A stretch of DNA of 64,000 bases from Eubacteriales bacterium (GTDB lineage: Bacteria; Bacillota; Clostridia; Oscillospirales; CAG-272), in the NCBI GenBank assembly GCA_045577755.1, contig JAZNJA010000055.1, positions 974 through 64,973 on the forward strand. The letters are read 5' to 3'. Position numbers and translations under genes: made by a program. Under the pieces are notes generated by a model, which searched no databases, had not been told where the DNA came from, and saw nothing but the letters and a program-made list of their open reading frames with translations. Shown one piece after another: positions 20,020 to 28,900 of the stretch. Within the stretch, counting starts at the first letter, position 1. The number at the start of each line of letters is the position of its first letter.

Positions 20020-20033
20020 AGTCGGTACAGTCC

Positions 20034-20270
20034 TCAGGACTGGAAGCCGGTCTTGACGTGGCTGTGGTAGCAGAGGGTATCGCCGACGTCACCGATGTAA
20101 CCGAGGTCGCCGTCCTCATTATCAAAGTCAAACTCGCAAGCGTCACCGATGAACCATCCCTGAGCCTTCAGCTCGGGAGACTCGGAAAACTGATCGCAAG
20201 ACGCGGCAATGGGCATATCCAAGGACATGACCTCTACATGAATCGTAGGTTTGCTGTATTCTCTCTTCAT
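20034..20270 (-). CDS. small acidic peptide P1 (78 aa), RiPP/lasso-precursor-like N-terminus
   Basis: ATG 11 nt after AGGAGG. MKREYSKPTIHVEV leader-like start (YxxPxI). 15 Asp/Glu against 5 Lys/Arg, and 3 Cys. Acidic loop DFDNEDGDLGYIG. C-terminal Ser. Confidence 0.65.
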   Translation of the reverse strand: MKREYSKPTIHVEVMSLDMPIAASCDQFSESPELKAQGWFIGDACEFDFDNEDGDLGYIGDVGDTLCYHSHVKTGFQS

Positions 20271-20289
20271 GATTCTATGCACCTCCTTG

Positions 20290-23200
20290 TTAGTTGTTGG
20301 AGCCCTTGACCACGCTCGCGTAGATAGCGGCGGTCTCAGCCATGAGGTCGCTGGCGAACACGTCGTACATATCCTGGGTAGCCGACACCTCAGCGGCGGC
20401 GGTGCCCTGGGAAAGCTTGTAGCCGTTCAGCTTGATGTTGGTCAGAGCCAGCACGTTGAGGTTGAGGTCACTTGTGCCAATGATCACAAGTGCTCGGTTG
20501 GTACCGTTGGGATTGCTGAAGACCAGGTCATCCTCCACGGTGAAGTACTGCTCGGTACCGCTGCAAACGCTGTGAACGTTCTCGTTCGCCTCAAAGTCCT
20601 CGGCGCTGTTGCCGAAGAACATCTCCACGGGGCTGTCGTTGCCGGTAGCCTTGATGTGGGCACCGATCTGGATGCTTCTCTCGCCCTCGAAGTCCTCGAC
20701 AAGCTCCACGTAGAAGGCGATGTAGGTGAAGGCCTCGCGGGGATTGCCATCGGCGTCGGCGGGGTTGGAGAGGTAGATCTCGTTGTTGGGACCGTAGGTC
20801 ATGTAGTCGGCCACGCTGTCGGTCTGGGTCATGATGAGATCGGCGCTGATCCGGTCATCGGCGGGACGGAAATTCTCGATCATGGTGTTACCGAACTGCC
20901 ACTTGGCAGCGCCGGCAGCCACGTCGGAGCCGCTGACGACCTGACCGTACACGATGGTACCGTTCTTGATAGAGGTCTTGATCTCGTGGAAGGTCACGTT
21001 GGACTCGTCGGCCTTGTAGAGCCCGCTGCTCTGCTCGGCAGTCAGAGGCTGGTAGACACGGACACCGTCCACGTAGACCATGCGAGCGATCTGATTGTAG
21101 TTGGAGGTATAGACAGTCACGCGGTAGGTGCTGTGAGCCATATCCTTACGGACCACGTAAGGCACCTGGGTCAGCTCACCCGAGACGCACTCGGTGATGA
21201 CGGGAATAGCCTTGACCTCGCCGTTCTTCAGATTCTCGATCTTGACGGTCAGCAGGGCGTAGGCCTTGGCGGTGGTGCGACCGACGATCTCGAAGCCGGT
21301 ACCGGTGAAGGTAAAGCTCATGATCTCGGCGCGCTCGGTGCCGTTGACGGCCATGGCGTGGATGGTGTCGTTGGAGGCGTCACCGAGGATAGCGTGGGAC
21401 ACGCCGTCCATGGTGCCGTGGATGGTCTGGAAGATCTCGTCGCCGACACCGCCCAGGATGCTCTGATCGTCGCCCTCCACGTAGGAGAGATCCAGCTGGC
21501 CGCGGTTATTGGTACCGCCGGCGGTATAGCCGGGATCCGAGCCGTAGTTCAGATTCTGATCGGGAGCCTGGTAATCCTTGACGGCGTCGCCCTCAAAGAC
21601 GGCCCAGATGTTGCCGGTGGCATCCTTACCGGTGTTGACGTAGGTGATGGCGCCCTCGCCGGTGAAGTTATCCTCGTAGTACATGACGTTGGCGGGAGCG
21701 AAGGTCACGGTCTGGAGCATTTCCACACCGGTCCACTTGCTGAGACCGTCAGCATCCGTCTCCATGAGGGTGATTTTGATATTGAAGGTATCCACGCCGT
21801 TCATGATCTTGTTCATAACGTAAGTGACGGCGGTATTCAGACCCTCGTCTTTGGTACTGAAGGTACCGAAGTGATCGGTGAAGTCCAGGAACTCGATCTG
21901 CAGATCCATACCGTTGGGGTTATCGATAAGGCCCAGGATATCGTTGGCCACCAGACCGTGGTCCTGCGTAAGAACGGTCACGGGGAGGTTGTAGTCCAGG
22001 ACGAAGACGTTATCGCCCACGCCATAGACGTACACGTCCACACGGACGGGAGGATAGGTGTTGCCGTCTGCGGTACAGGTCACGTAGAAGGCATCGACGC
22101 CACACTTGGGAGCCTGATAGAGGAAGTCGCCGTTTTCCAGTGCGGTGACGTACTTGTTGATGTCGCCGCCCTCCAGGTTACCGGCGGGAGAGGACAGAGC
22201 GAAGGTCAGATTACGACCGCTCAGAGCACCCTCACCGAGGGTCTGCTCCATGATCTCGCGGATATCCTCGGCGGTGATCAGCACGCCCTTGGAGACGTCC
22301 ACGAAGCTGCCGTCAGCCAGCTTGTTGTTCAGTCTGCCCCAATCGTATACGTGCAGGTTGTTGAACTTGATGTTCGCCTTGTTCACGCGGTGGTAATCGT
22401 TACCGTTCAGGACCTTGTCGGTCACGTTGTCGATATCGGTGGTTGCGGTGGTATACAGGTGGTTGATGTAGTAGGTCTTGCCGTCCTGCTCCACCCACTT
22501 GTCCTCGGGGATCTTGTAGGAGAAGCCGCCAATGGTCAGGCGCTCACCGGCGTTCAGGCCGTCGACCAGATACTCACGGATCGCGGCCTCGTCCAGACCG
22601 GTGACGCTCTCAGCGACGGTGCCGTCGGGATTGTACTTGGTCAGTACAAGCTTATCGACCGTCACACCCTCGGGCAGAGCGAAGCTCTCACCCTCCTTGT
22701 AGGTCAGGTTTGCGCCGATATCGGAATCGGTGAAGGTCAGGTTTTTGAAGGCGATCTGGCTGTTGTTGAAGATCGAGAAGGTGTACTCAACGGGGCTGTT
22801 GTAATCGACCACGCCGTCGTAGCCGATTTCATGACCGTTCTGGTAGGCCTTCTTCTCGGTGATCATGCTGGTATCGGCCACACGGATGTTGGTCTCGATG
22901 GACAGGTTAGCGGCGGTGCCGTGACGCTCCATGTAGAAGAAGTCGAAGCTGTAGATGCCGCCCTCCTCCAGGCCGCAGACCTCAGCCACGTCGTTCAGGC
23001 TGACCTTGACCTTGGAGATGGGGTGGGTACCGCCCACGTCGACGATACGCTTACCGTTGACGTACAGGTACACGTCGTCGTCACCGATGAAGGTGAAGTA
23101 CAGGTCCTCACTGTAGTGGTAGACGAAGTGAGCATGACCCTCCATAGTATAATGGAAGTTGGTGGTCTTGTAGTAGATGTTCTCGGAGTACGTGTTGTAG

Positions 23201-25377
23201 TTACCAAGCATCTTGCGGTAGGTATCCTGCTCTCTGGAGGCGCCGTTGACGTCGTAGCCCAGACCGAACAGGGGGTCGAAGCAGCCGACGGGCTGCTTGT
23301 TACCGCGGTGGTAGTACCAGTCGCCGGTGTTGCCGTTCAGTCTGCGCTGGGTGGCGAGCTCGAACTGGCTGTTCTGGATGATACCGTCGACACGGTCGTA
23401 GGTAACGTTATCGAACGCGGTACTGAACACGTAACGGACGTTTCCGTTCTCGTCAGTCTTGGCGACCAGATTCAGAGTGTTGTACTCGTTGGCGGTCATA
23501 CCGTAGCCGGGGTTGTCTACGAAGGTATTGTGGAGCAGGAAGTAGGCAGCGTCCATGTAGGTCTCGATGTGATTCAGACCGTTACCGCCGACCAGATCCT
23601 TGACCTTAGCCTGAGTGGCCTCGTAGGTACCGGACTGGGCATTTGCCAGCTTTTCGCGCAGGTAGGAGGCCAGGTCCTTACCGCCGTACGCCTCGTCTGC
23701 CTCGCCCTTGATGAAGTTCATATTGGTCTTACCGTTGGTCGTCTCAGGAAGGGGCAGAAGCTTTTCCAGGTACCAGGCGATAAACTCCACGACGCCTTGA
23801 CGGTACACAGGCTTGCCGTTCTCGCCCAGCTCAGCCTCCACCAGATCGTAGCGGATCTCCGCGCCGTAGACGTCCTGCTTCGCACCGCTGTTCAGGATCA
23901 CCTCAATGGGATCGGGCTCAGGCTGATACGTGTTGATGGAAGAGCCGTTGGCGACGTAGGTATAGTCGTTGCCGTTCTCGTCGCGAAGGACGATCAGCTC
24001 CTCGAACTTCTCGCGCACCTCGGGGTCATACTTGCCCAGGATCAGGTCGGCGTTTCTGGAACCGATCAAGGCGGTCAGCGCGAAGCCGCCGTTGTTACCC
24101 AGATTGTGATTCGGATAGCCGTTGAGATCGGGATCCAGGGCACTGTACTCGAACAGCATACCGTCGGCTCTGTAGTCGCGGATGGTGATGGGGAGAGCCA
24201 CCAGGCTGTGCTTCTCTGCCTCCACGCAGGCCTCGGCGCCCGAGAGGGTAGAGAAGGTGCGGATATAGGCAATATCCATCACGGGGTTTTCGCCGTCCGT
24301 GGTAGAGTCACCGTCGTAGAAGTCGAAGCGCAGATTCTTTACAGGTCTGCTCTCGCCAGACAGCACATCGGCGTGGACAATGACGGTCTCCCATTCGCCC
24401 GAATCGTCGAAGGTAATTTCGGTCGACATGGCTCCCGAATAGTGTCCGCGGCCATCGAAGTCATAGAAGAAACGACCGGTCGTGATGTTGGAGGTACGGT
24501 ACTTGATGACGATATAGTCCATCTTGCTGCCTGGGATCTGGCTGATCTGAGAGTCAAGGGTACCGATTTCAAAGAAGGGATCGCTCTCCACGCCCTCAAC
24601 AGTCAAAAAGCCTCGGTCGGTGGGACGCTTGAAGTCAATCTTCGACTTGGTGGCATCGCCGGGGACCGTGTAGTTCTGGATCTCATGGGTAACGATGGGA
24701 TCGTCGGTATGCTGGGTCAGATCAGCGGAGGCACTGGCCTTGACCACGTCGGCAACGGTGTAATTGAAGGCCAATACGTTGTTGGAGCCGTTGATCGATG
24801 CGGTGCGGAACCAGAAAGCCGCGTTATTGGCCGCAGAACTGCCCATGAGCACGGTAAAGCCGTTCTGGTAAGCGCCTCCTGCGCCAAGCTGCTCGCAGGT
24901 CAGGCGGAAATACAGAGAGCCCTCCAGAGATACGCTCGCGGGTATTTCGCAAACAAAATCCGTATTGTCGGCGGGGCCGGTAAATACACCCTCCCAAAGA
25001 GGAGTCTTACCCTCAACCGAAGCGTTCAGGTCGTCCGTATTGCCGTTAGAATTGGTAGCGGCGAAAATGCTGACGCGGATCTTGGGAGGAGTCGTGGCTC
25101 CGTAGTTAGCCATGCTGGGAACCACAAGCCGCACAAGACGCTTCTCGGCGGGAATATGGATCTTACCCCACAGTGCCTCCCCCGTGCCGGCTCGCACAGG
25201 ACCGCAATGCCCTGTGGTGCCTCCCTGATACGTAGAGTAGGTTGCCTCTCCCGGATACTGTGTATCCGCGACGGCGCTCACCTCGTCCTCCGTCGCCGCG
25301 AAAACGGTGCCGGGCACACAGGTCACCACCATCAGTACCGACAGGATGAACGCGAGAATTCTCTTTGCATTCTTCAT
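20290..25377 (-). CDS. giant secreted protein G1 (1695 aa) with fibro-slime/PA14-like domain
   Basis: Start re-set to the ATG 6 nt after AAAGGAG. Signal peptide MKNAKRILAFILSVLMVVTCVPGTVFAA. LPITIRDYRADGMLFEY ... FIGDDDVYLYVNGKRIVDVGGTH ... FFYMERHGTAANLSIETNI. Confidence 0.9.
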   Translation of the reverse strand: MKNAKRILAFILSVLMVVTCVPGTVFAATEDEVSAVADTQYPGEATYSTYQGGTTGHCGPVRAGTGEALWGKIHIPAEKRLVRLVVPSMANYGATTPPKIRVSIFAATNSNGNTDDLNASVEGKTPLWEGVFTGPADNTDFVCEIPASVSLEGSLYFRLTCEQLGAGGAYQNGFTVLMGSSAANNAAFWFRTASINGSNNVLAFNYTVADVVKASASADLTQHTDDPIVTHEIQNYTVPGDATKSKIDFKRPTDRGFLTVEGVESDPFFEIGTLDSQISQIPGSKMDYIVIKYRTSNITTGRFFYDFDGRGHYSGAMSTEITFDDSGEWETVIVHADVLSGESRPVKNLRFDFYDGDSTTDGENPVMDIAYIRTFSTLSGAEACVEAEKHSLVALPITIRDYRADGMLFEYSALDPDLNGYPNHNLGNNGGFALTALIGSRNADLILGKYDPEVREKFEELIVLRDENGNDYTYVANGSSINTYQPEPDPIEVILNSGAKQDVYGAEIRYDLVEAELGENGKPVYRQGVVEFIAWYLEKLLPLPETTNGKTNMNFIKGEADEAYGGKDLASYLREKLANAQSGTYEATQAKVKDLVGGNGLNHIETYMDAAYFLLHNTFVDNPGYGMTANEYNTLNLVAKTDENGNVRYVFSTAFDNVTYDRVDGIIQNSQFELATQRRLNGNTGDWYYHRGNKQPVGCFDPLFGLGYDVNGASREQDTYRKMLGNYNTYSENIYYKTTNFHYTMEGHAHFVYHYSEDLYFTFIGDDDVYLYVNGKRIVDVGGTHPISKVKVSLNDVAEVCGLEEGGIYSFDFFYMERHGTAANLSIETNIRVADTSMITEKKAYQNGHEIGYDGVVDYNSPVEYTFSIFNNSQIAFKNLTFTDSDIGANLTYKEGESFALPEGVTVDKLVLTKYNPDGTVAESVTGLDEAAIREYLVDGLNAGERLTIGGFSYKIPEDKWVEQDGKTYYINHLYTTATTDIDNVTDKVLNGNDYHRVNKANIKFNNLHVYDWGRLNNKLADGSFVDVSKGVLITAEDIREIMEQTLGEGALSGRNLTFALSSPAGNLEGGDINKYVTALENGDFLYQAPKCGVDAFYVTCTADGNTYPPVRVDVYVYGVGDNVFVLDYNLPVTVLTQDHGLVANDILGLIDNPNGMDLQIEFLDFTDHFGTFSTKDEGLNTAVTYVMNKIMNGVDTFNIKITLMETDADGLSKWTGVEMLQTVTFAPANVMYYEDNFTGEGAITYVNTGKDATGNIWAVFEGDAVKDYQAPDQNLNYGSDPGYTAGGTNNRGQLDLSYVEGDDQSILGGVGDEIFQTIHGTMDGVSHAILGDASNDTIHAMAVNGTERAEIMSFTFTGTGFEIVGRTTAKAYALLTVKIENLKNGEVKAIPVITECVSGELTQVPYVVRKDMAHSTYRVTVYTSNYNQIARMVYVDGVRVYQPLTAEQSSGLYKADESNVTFHEIKTSIKNGTIVYGQVVSGSDVAAGAAKWQFGNTMIENFRPADDRISADLIMTQTDSVADYMTYGPNNEIYLSNPADADGNPREAFTYIAFYVELVEDFEGERSIQIGAHIKATGNDSPVEMFFGNSAEDFEANENVHSVCSGTEQYFTVEDDLVFSNPNGTNRALVIIGTSDLNLNVLALTNIKLNGYKLSQGTAAAEVSATQDMYDVFASDLMAETAAIYASVVKGSNN

Positions 25378-25863
25378 GTTTTTCTCCTTTGTTGTGTTGT
25401 TTTTCGGATTGCGGGCAGCGCGGGGCGAGTCACCTCGCTGCATCCGCAGGGGATCTGCTATGGGGTAAGTGCGAAGGATGGCGCCTCCTCTCGCGGGGAA
25501 TGGCGCGCATTCGACCGTCGGCAGGGGTTCTCAATCCCCGGGCCCGACAACAGTCAGCTCGATCCGTAACCGTTTCCCGACAAGTGATTTCGGGCAACGA
25601 AGGGATCCGACCGGGCCTCGGACGACCATACTTGAACCTTTTGCTTGGGGGGAACGGGTGAGCTGAGCGGCATCGGTCCAAAGGACGGTATCCGACTCGG
25701 GCACCAATGACTGTCTGCAGAAAGATAAAATAAAAGCCTTCTCACGGTTCCGTATTTACCCCCTCGGGGTCTTGAGTCCTCAGGCTGTTTGACTCCGCCC
25801 GCCAATAGAAACACTTCGGGCATTCGTCGATTTGGGCACAACCCACCCTTTGCCTGCGACATA
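25378..25863 (-). promoter_or_regulatory. long (about 485 nt) GC-rich structured 5' leader of G1, class unknown
   Basis: Lies between the promoter at 25871-25899 and the G1 RBS. It has no plausible ORF and multiple local hairpins. Confidence 0.4.
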
Positions 25864-25870
25864 TGTACCT

Positions 25871-25899
25871 ATTATATCACACCTGTAACCAAATCGCAA
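25871..25899 (-). promoter_or_regulatory. promoter of the G1 operon
   Basis: Minus strand reads TTGCGA-17 nt-TATAAT with an upstream TG (TGtGaTATAAT). Confidence 0.65.
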
Positions 25900-26024
25900 G
25901 TTTTTTTCCCTGTTGGCATATACAATTTACAAATAATTAACAATCGCCCAATGGAATCTTCACCAGCGGGCGGTCTCCCGTCCCCTTTCAGATCCAAAAT
26001 ATGCGCCAAGAGGGGCAAAATAAC

Positions 26025-26053
26025 TTGCAAACGCCCGCGAAATATGGTACAAT
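26025..26053 (+). promoter_or_regulatory. candidate azlCD promoter
   Basis: TTGCAA-17 nt-TACAAT with an extended TG, about 45 nt upstream of the azlC start. Confidence 0.55.
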
Positions 26054-26098
26054 AAAAGGGTCTCCCCCGTGCGACATCCATTTCCGAAAGGACATCCC

Positions 26099-26782
26099 AT
26101 GAAACGAATCGTAAAAACCGCCTTTACAGCCACGGTTCCCGTCATGTCGGGCTACCTTGTGCTGGGCTTTGGCTTCGGCGTGATCCTGCGGGCCAACGGC
26201 TTTCACATCCTGCTGGCGGCGGCCATGAGCGCCTTCATCTACGCGGGCTCCATGCAGTACGTCGCCATTGGTCTGCTGACGGGCGGTGCTTCCCTTCTGA
26301 CCTCCGCCATGACCGCCCTGATGGTCAACGCCCGCCACCTGTTCTACGGCATCTCCATGCTGGAGACCTACAGGGGCACGGGGAAGATCAAGCCCTACCT
26401 CATCTTCGCCCTCACCGACGAGACCTACTCCCTGGTCTGCGGCGACCTTTCCCATATCCCCGCCGAGGCACGCAAGGGGTACTTTTTGCTGGTCTCCCTG
26501 TTCAATCACCTCTACTGGATCGTGGGCTCGGTGCTGGGAGCCCTGGCGGGGACCCTGGTGCGCTTCGACAGCACCGGCATCGACTTCGCCCTGACCGCCC
26601 TATTCGTCACGGTGCTGCTGGATCAGTGGATGGGCACAAAAAAGCACGGCCCCGCCCTCATCGGCGTGGGAGCCTCGGTGGTCTGCCTCCTGAGCTTCGG
26701 GCGGGACCGCTTCCTGATCCCCGCCATGCTGGTCATCACCCTGCTTCTCTGTATCCGCAAGGAGGGGCCCGCCCATGAATGA
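26099..26782 (+). CDS. azlC: AzlC-family branched-chain amino acid exporter subunit
   Basis: Start re-set to the ATG after GAAAGGA. Polytopic membrane protein with an AzlC-like N-terminus (TATVPVMSGYLVLGFGFG). Overlaps the downstream azlD. Confidence 0.9.
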   Translation: MKRIVKTAFTATVPVMSGYLVLGFGFGVILRANGFHILLAAAMSAFIYAGSMQYVAIGLLTGGASLLTSAMTALMVNARHLFYGISMLETYRGTGKIKPYLIFALTDETYSLVCGDLSHIPAEARKGYFLLVSLFNHLYWIVGSVLGALAGTLVRFDSTGIDFALTALFVTVLLDQWMGTKKHGPALIGVGASVVCLLSFGRDRFLIPAMLVITLLLCIRKEGPAHE

Positions 26783-27101
26783 CCTGTATATCTGGGGCAC
26801 CGTCGCCGTGATCGCGGCGGTCACCGCCCTGCTTCGCTTTCTTCCCTTCGTCGTGTTCAGCGGGAAGCGGGCCGTCCCTCCCATCATCAACAGGCTGGGG
26901 CGGGTACTGCCCTCCGCGGTCATGGGTATGCTGGTGGTCTACTGCCTCAAGGACGTCCATTTCGCCAACGTAACGGGCTTTCTGCCGCCTCTCATCGCCT
27001 GTCTGGTGGTAGGCGTCCTCCACGTGTGGAAGCGCAACGCCCTCCTCAGCATCATCACGGGTACCGTCTGCTACATGCTCCTGGTACAGATCGTATTCTG
27101 A
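26775..27101 (+). CDS. azlD: AzlD-family branched-chain amino acid transport protein
   Basis: 108-aa hydrophobic protein overlapping the 3' end of azlC by 8 nt, which is the classic azlCD arrangement. Confidence 0.85.
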   Translation: MNDLYIWGTVAVIAAVTALLRFLPFVVFSGKRAVPPIINRLGRVLPSAVMGMLVVYCLKDVHFANVTGFLPPLIACLVVGVLHVWKRNALLSIITGTVCYMLLVQIVF

Positions 27102-27156
27102 CCCGAAAATCTCACGGCGGAAGGGCAACGGCCCCTCTCCCAAGCGGCGCCCCCCC

Positions 27157-27206
27157 AAAAAAAGCAGACGGACTCCCCCGCCCACTCGGGCGGGGGAGTC
27201 CTTTTC
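27157..27206. terminator. bidirectional rho-independent terminator
   Basis: A7...GGACTCCCCCGCC cactc GGCGGGGGAGTCC TTTT between convergent genes. Confidence 0.75.
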
Positions 27207-27251
27207 GATTGAAGGAACGCGTTTCGACGGAGGAACCCCGACGGCGGCGTG

Positions 27252-28808
27252 TCAGCCCAGCGCCTCCAGCAGCTCGCGGCGGACGCTGTCCAGCGCCTCA
27301 TGGGAGAATTCGTAATCGTCAAAGGTGCGGCAGACCTTGTCGATCAGTTCCAGCGCCTTGGCCTTGTCCCGCTTGCCGAGGATATTGAACAGCTCGTAGT
27401 CAACGGCTCCCGCTCTCTGAAGGTGAGCGCGGACGCCGTTCCATACGGTATCTCCCATGGGGTAAACTACATGGCCATTGCCCGCGGGGTAGTTGAGCCC
27501 GTCGGGGTGGTAGTTGGTGTCATAGCGGCCCTCGGGATTGTGGGCGTGGTAACCCCAATGGAGGAATCCGGGGGCATCGTACTTGTAGCACATCCACATG
27601 GGCAGACGGCTGGCCGTCAGGGGTAGGTCAATGATGCGGTTCATACAGTAGCCTCCGGGGAAGCCGCAGGTGTAGATCCACATGGTCTCGCCACAGGCCT
27701 GCAGACGCTTGTAGTCCTCGATGTACTTCTCAAACACCGCCTGCTTGACCACCCAGATGTCGCAGGCTCCCGCCAGCTCGGAGGACTCCACGGGATCGTT
27801 GATGATGACACCGGGGATACACTTGCGGCAGATGCCCGACAGGGCGCGGTAAGTCAGGCTATTGGGGAACTGGGGCTCGTCTACCAGACACTGCATATAG
27901 TTCTTCTCCCAGCCGTTGCGCTTGATGCACTCGTAGGCGCGGGTGAAGTAGATCTTGAGCTGGCGGTAGCCTTCGATGGAGGAGGCGGTGATGTCTCTGT
28001 CCCACAGAAGGAAATGATCGGGGTCGTCCCAAACCTTGAAGCGGGCCACGAAGCCGCCCATGATGTACTTGAAGCCATGGGCCAGGGCGCGGTTGCCCAC
28101 CAGCTCGGCGGCGGTGAAGTCGAAATCCACTACCTTCCCTTCCCCGTCGCGGACAGGAGTGCCCGAGGGGATCATGAGGTAGTCGTTTCTCATATCGATC
28201 TGATTGTCCAGGTAGCGGTCGAGAATCTCCATATACCCCTCGGAGTAGGGCTCCACCTTGTGATCCGATGCCAGGCGGCCGTAGTAGATCCAGTTGACCA
28301 TGTGGAATTCCGAATCCGCGAGGGCGGGGACACGGACGTTGTAGATCTTGACCGACACGGGGACGGTCAGCACCGCCTCCCCCATGCGGATGGTCAGGTC
28401 ACTCTCAAACACCCCCACGGGAGCATTGGCGGCCACGTTGATACGGATATAGAAAGCGGCGCGTCCGGTCTCGGTCTCCCCTTCGTCAATGGGGCGGGTG
28501 ATCTCGTAGACGTCGAAGGGCGCCTTGCGGGTGACAAAGTGCTTGACCGACTCGTAATCGGTGGTGCAGAGCATCTTGGCGTCGCTGTTCAAGGGGACGG
28601 TGGCGGTCAGAAGCTGGTAGACCACGGCCTCACAGCCCTCCATGGAGAAATCGGCGGTGACGGTCTCGCCCTCGGCCAGGATATGGTCGGTCAGCACCTG
28701 GAAGCAGACATCGGCGCCGCGGGGGGCATACAGCTCGGCTCTGTTCTGAACCGTGATCTCACTGTCGGGATAGACCCACTGGTTTTCTGAAAAGACCTGA
28801 TATTTCAT
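27252..28808 (-). CDS. DUF4091 / GH123-like glycoside hydrolase (cytoplasmic)
   Basis: Start re-set to MKYQVFSENQWVYPDSE after GAAAGGA. N-terminal pattern and size are typical of DUF4091 proteins. No signal peptide. Confidence 0.7.
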   Translation of the reverse strand: MKYQVFSENQWVYPDSEITVQNRAELYAPRGADVCFQVLTDHILAEGETVTADFSMEGCEAVVYQLLTATVPLNSDAKMLCTTDYESVKHFVTRKAPFDVYEITRPIDEGETETGRAAFYIRINVAANAPVGVFESDLTIRMGEAVLTVPVSVKIYNVRVPALADSEFHMVNWIYYGRLASDHKVEPYSEGYMEILDRYLDNQIDMRNDYLMIPSGTPVRDGEGKVVDFDFTAAELVGNRALAHGFKYIMGGFVARFKVWDDPDHFLLWDRDITASSIEGYRQLKIYFTRAYECIKRNGWEKNYMQCLVDEPQFPNSLTYRALSGICRKCIPGVIINDPVESSELAGACDIWVVKQAVFEKYIEDYKRLQACGETMWIYTCGFPGGYCMNRIIDLPLTASRLPMWMCYKYDAPGFLHWGYHAHNPEGRYDTNYHPDGLNYPAGNGHVVYPMGDTVWNGVRAHLQRAGAVDYELFNILGKRDKAKALELIDKVCRTFDDYEFSHEALDSVRRELLEALG

Positions 28809-28900
28809 AGGTTGGTTCCTTTCCGGGATGAAATGGGGATCGCGCTTGGTTTTTCGCGCCTGTGGCGGTACAGTCATTATAGCACAGGGCGGGCAATTGT

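Noticed and set aside
25524-25539. T-loop-like GGGGTTCTCAATCCCC, suggesting a tRNA or tmRNA
   Set aside because: It has one extra base relative to GGTTCGAATCC. There is no acceptor, D or anticodon arm and no CCA context nearby. It lies inside the G1 leader.
20251-25569. 1772-aa plus-strand ORF antisense to G1
   Set aside because: Same codon-aligned shadow effect, since (25441-20251) is divisible by 3. The composition is low-complexity and it runs through the G1 RBS and leader. There are no independent expression signals.
25800-25860. c-di-GMP-I (GEMM-I) riboswitch at the 5' end of the G1 leader
   Set aside because: The sequence contains GGCAAA and GACGAATGCC, but the second element deviates from GACGCAAAGCC. 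The first hairpin has no GNRA tetraloop, and I could not build the two-hairpin architecture convincingly by eye. It is left as a hypothesis for cmscan, not called as a feature.
25430-25862. 83-aa and 102-aa minus-strand ORFs within the G1 leader
   Set aside because: Arg/Pro/Ser-rich implausible sequences with no RBS. They overlap each other in different frames. Treated as non-coding leader.
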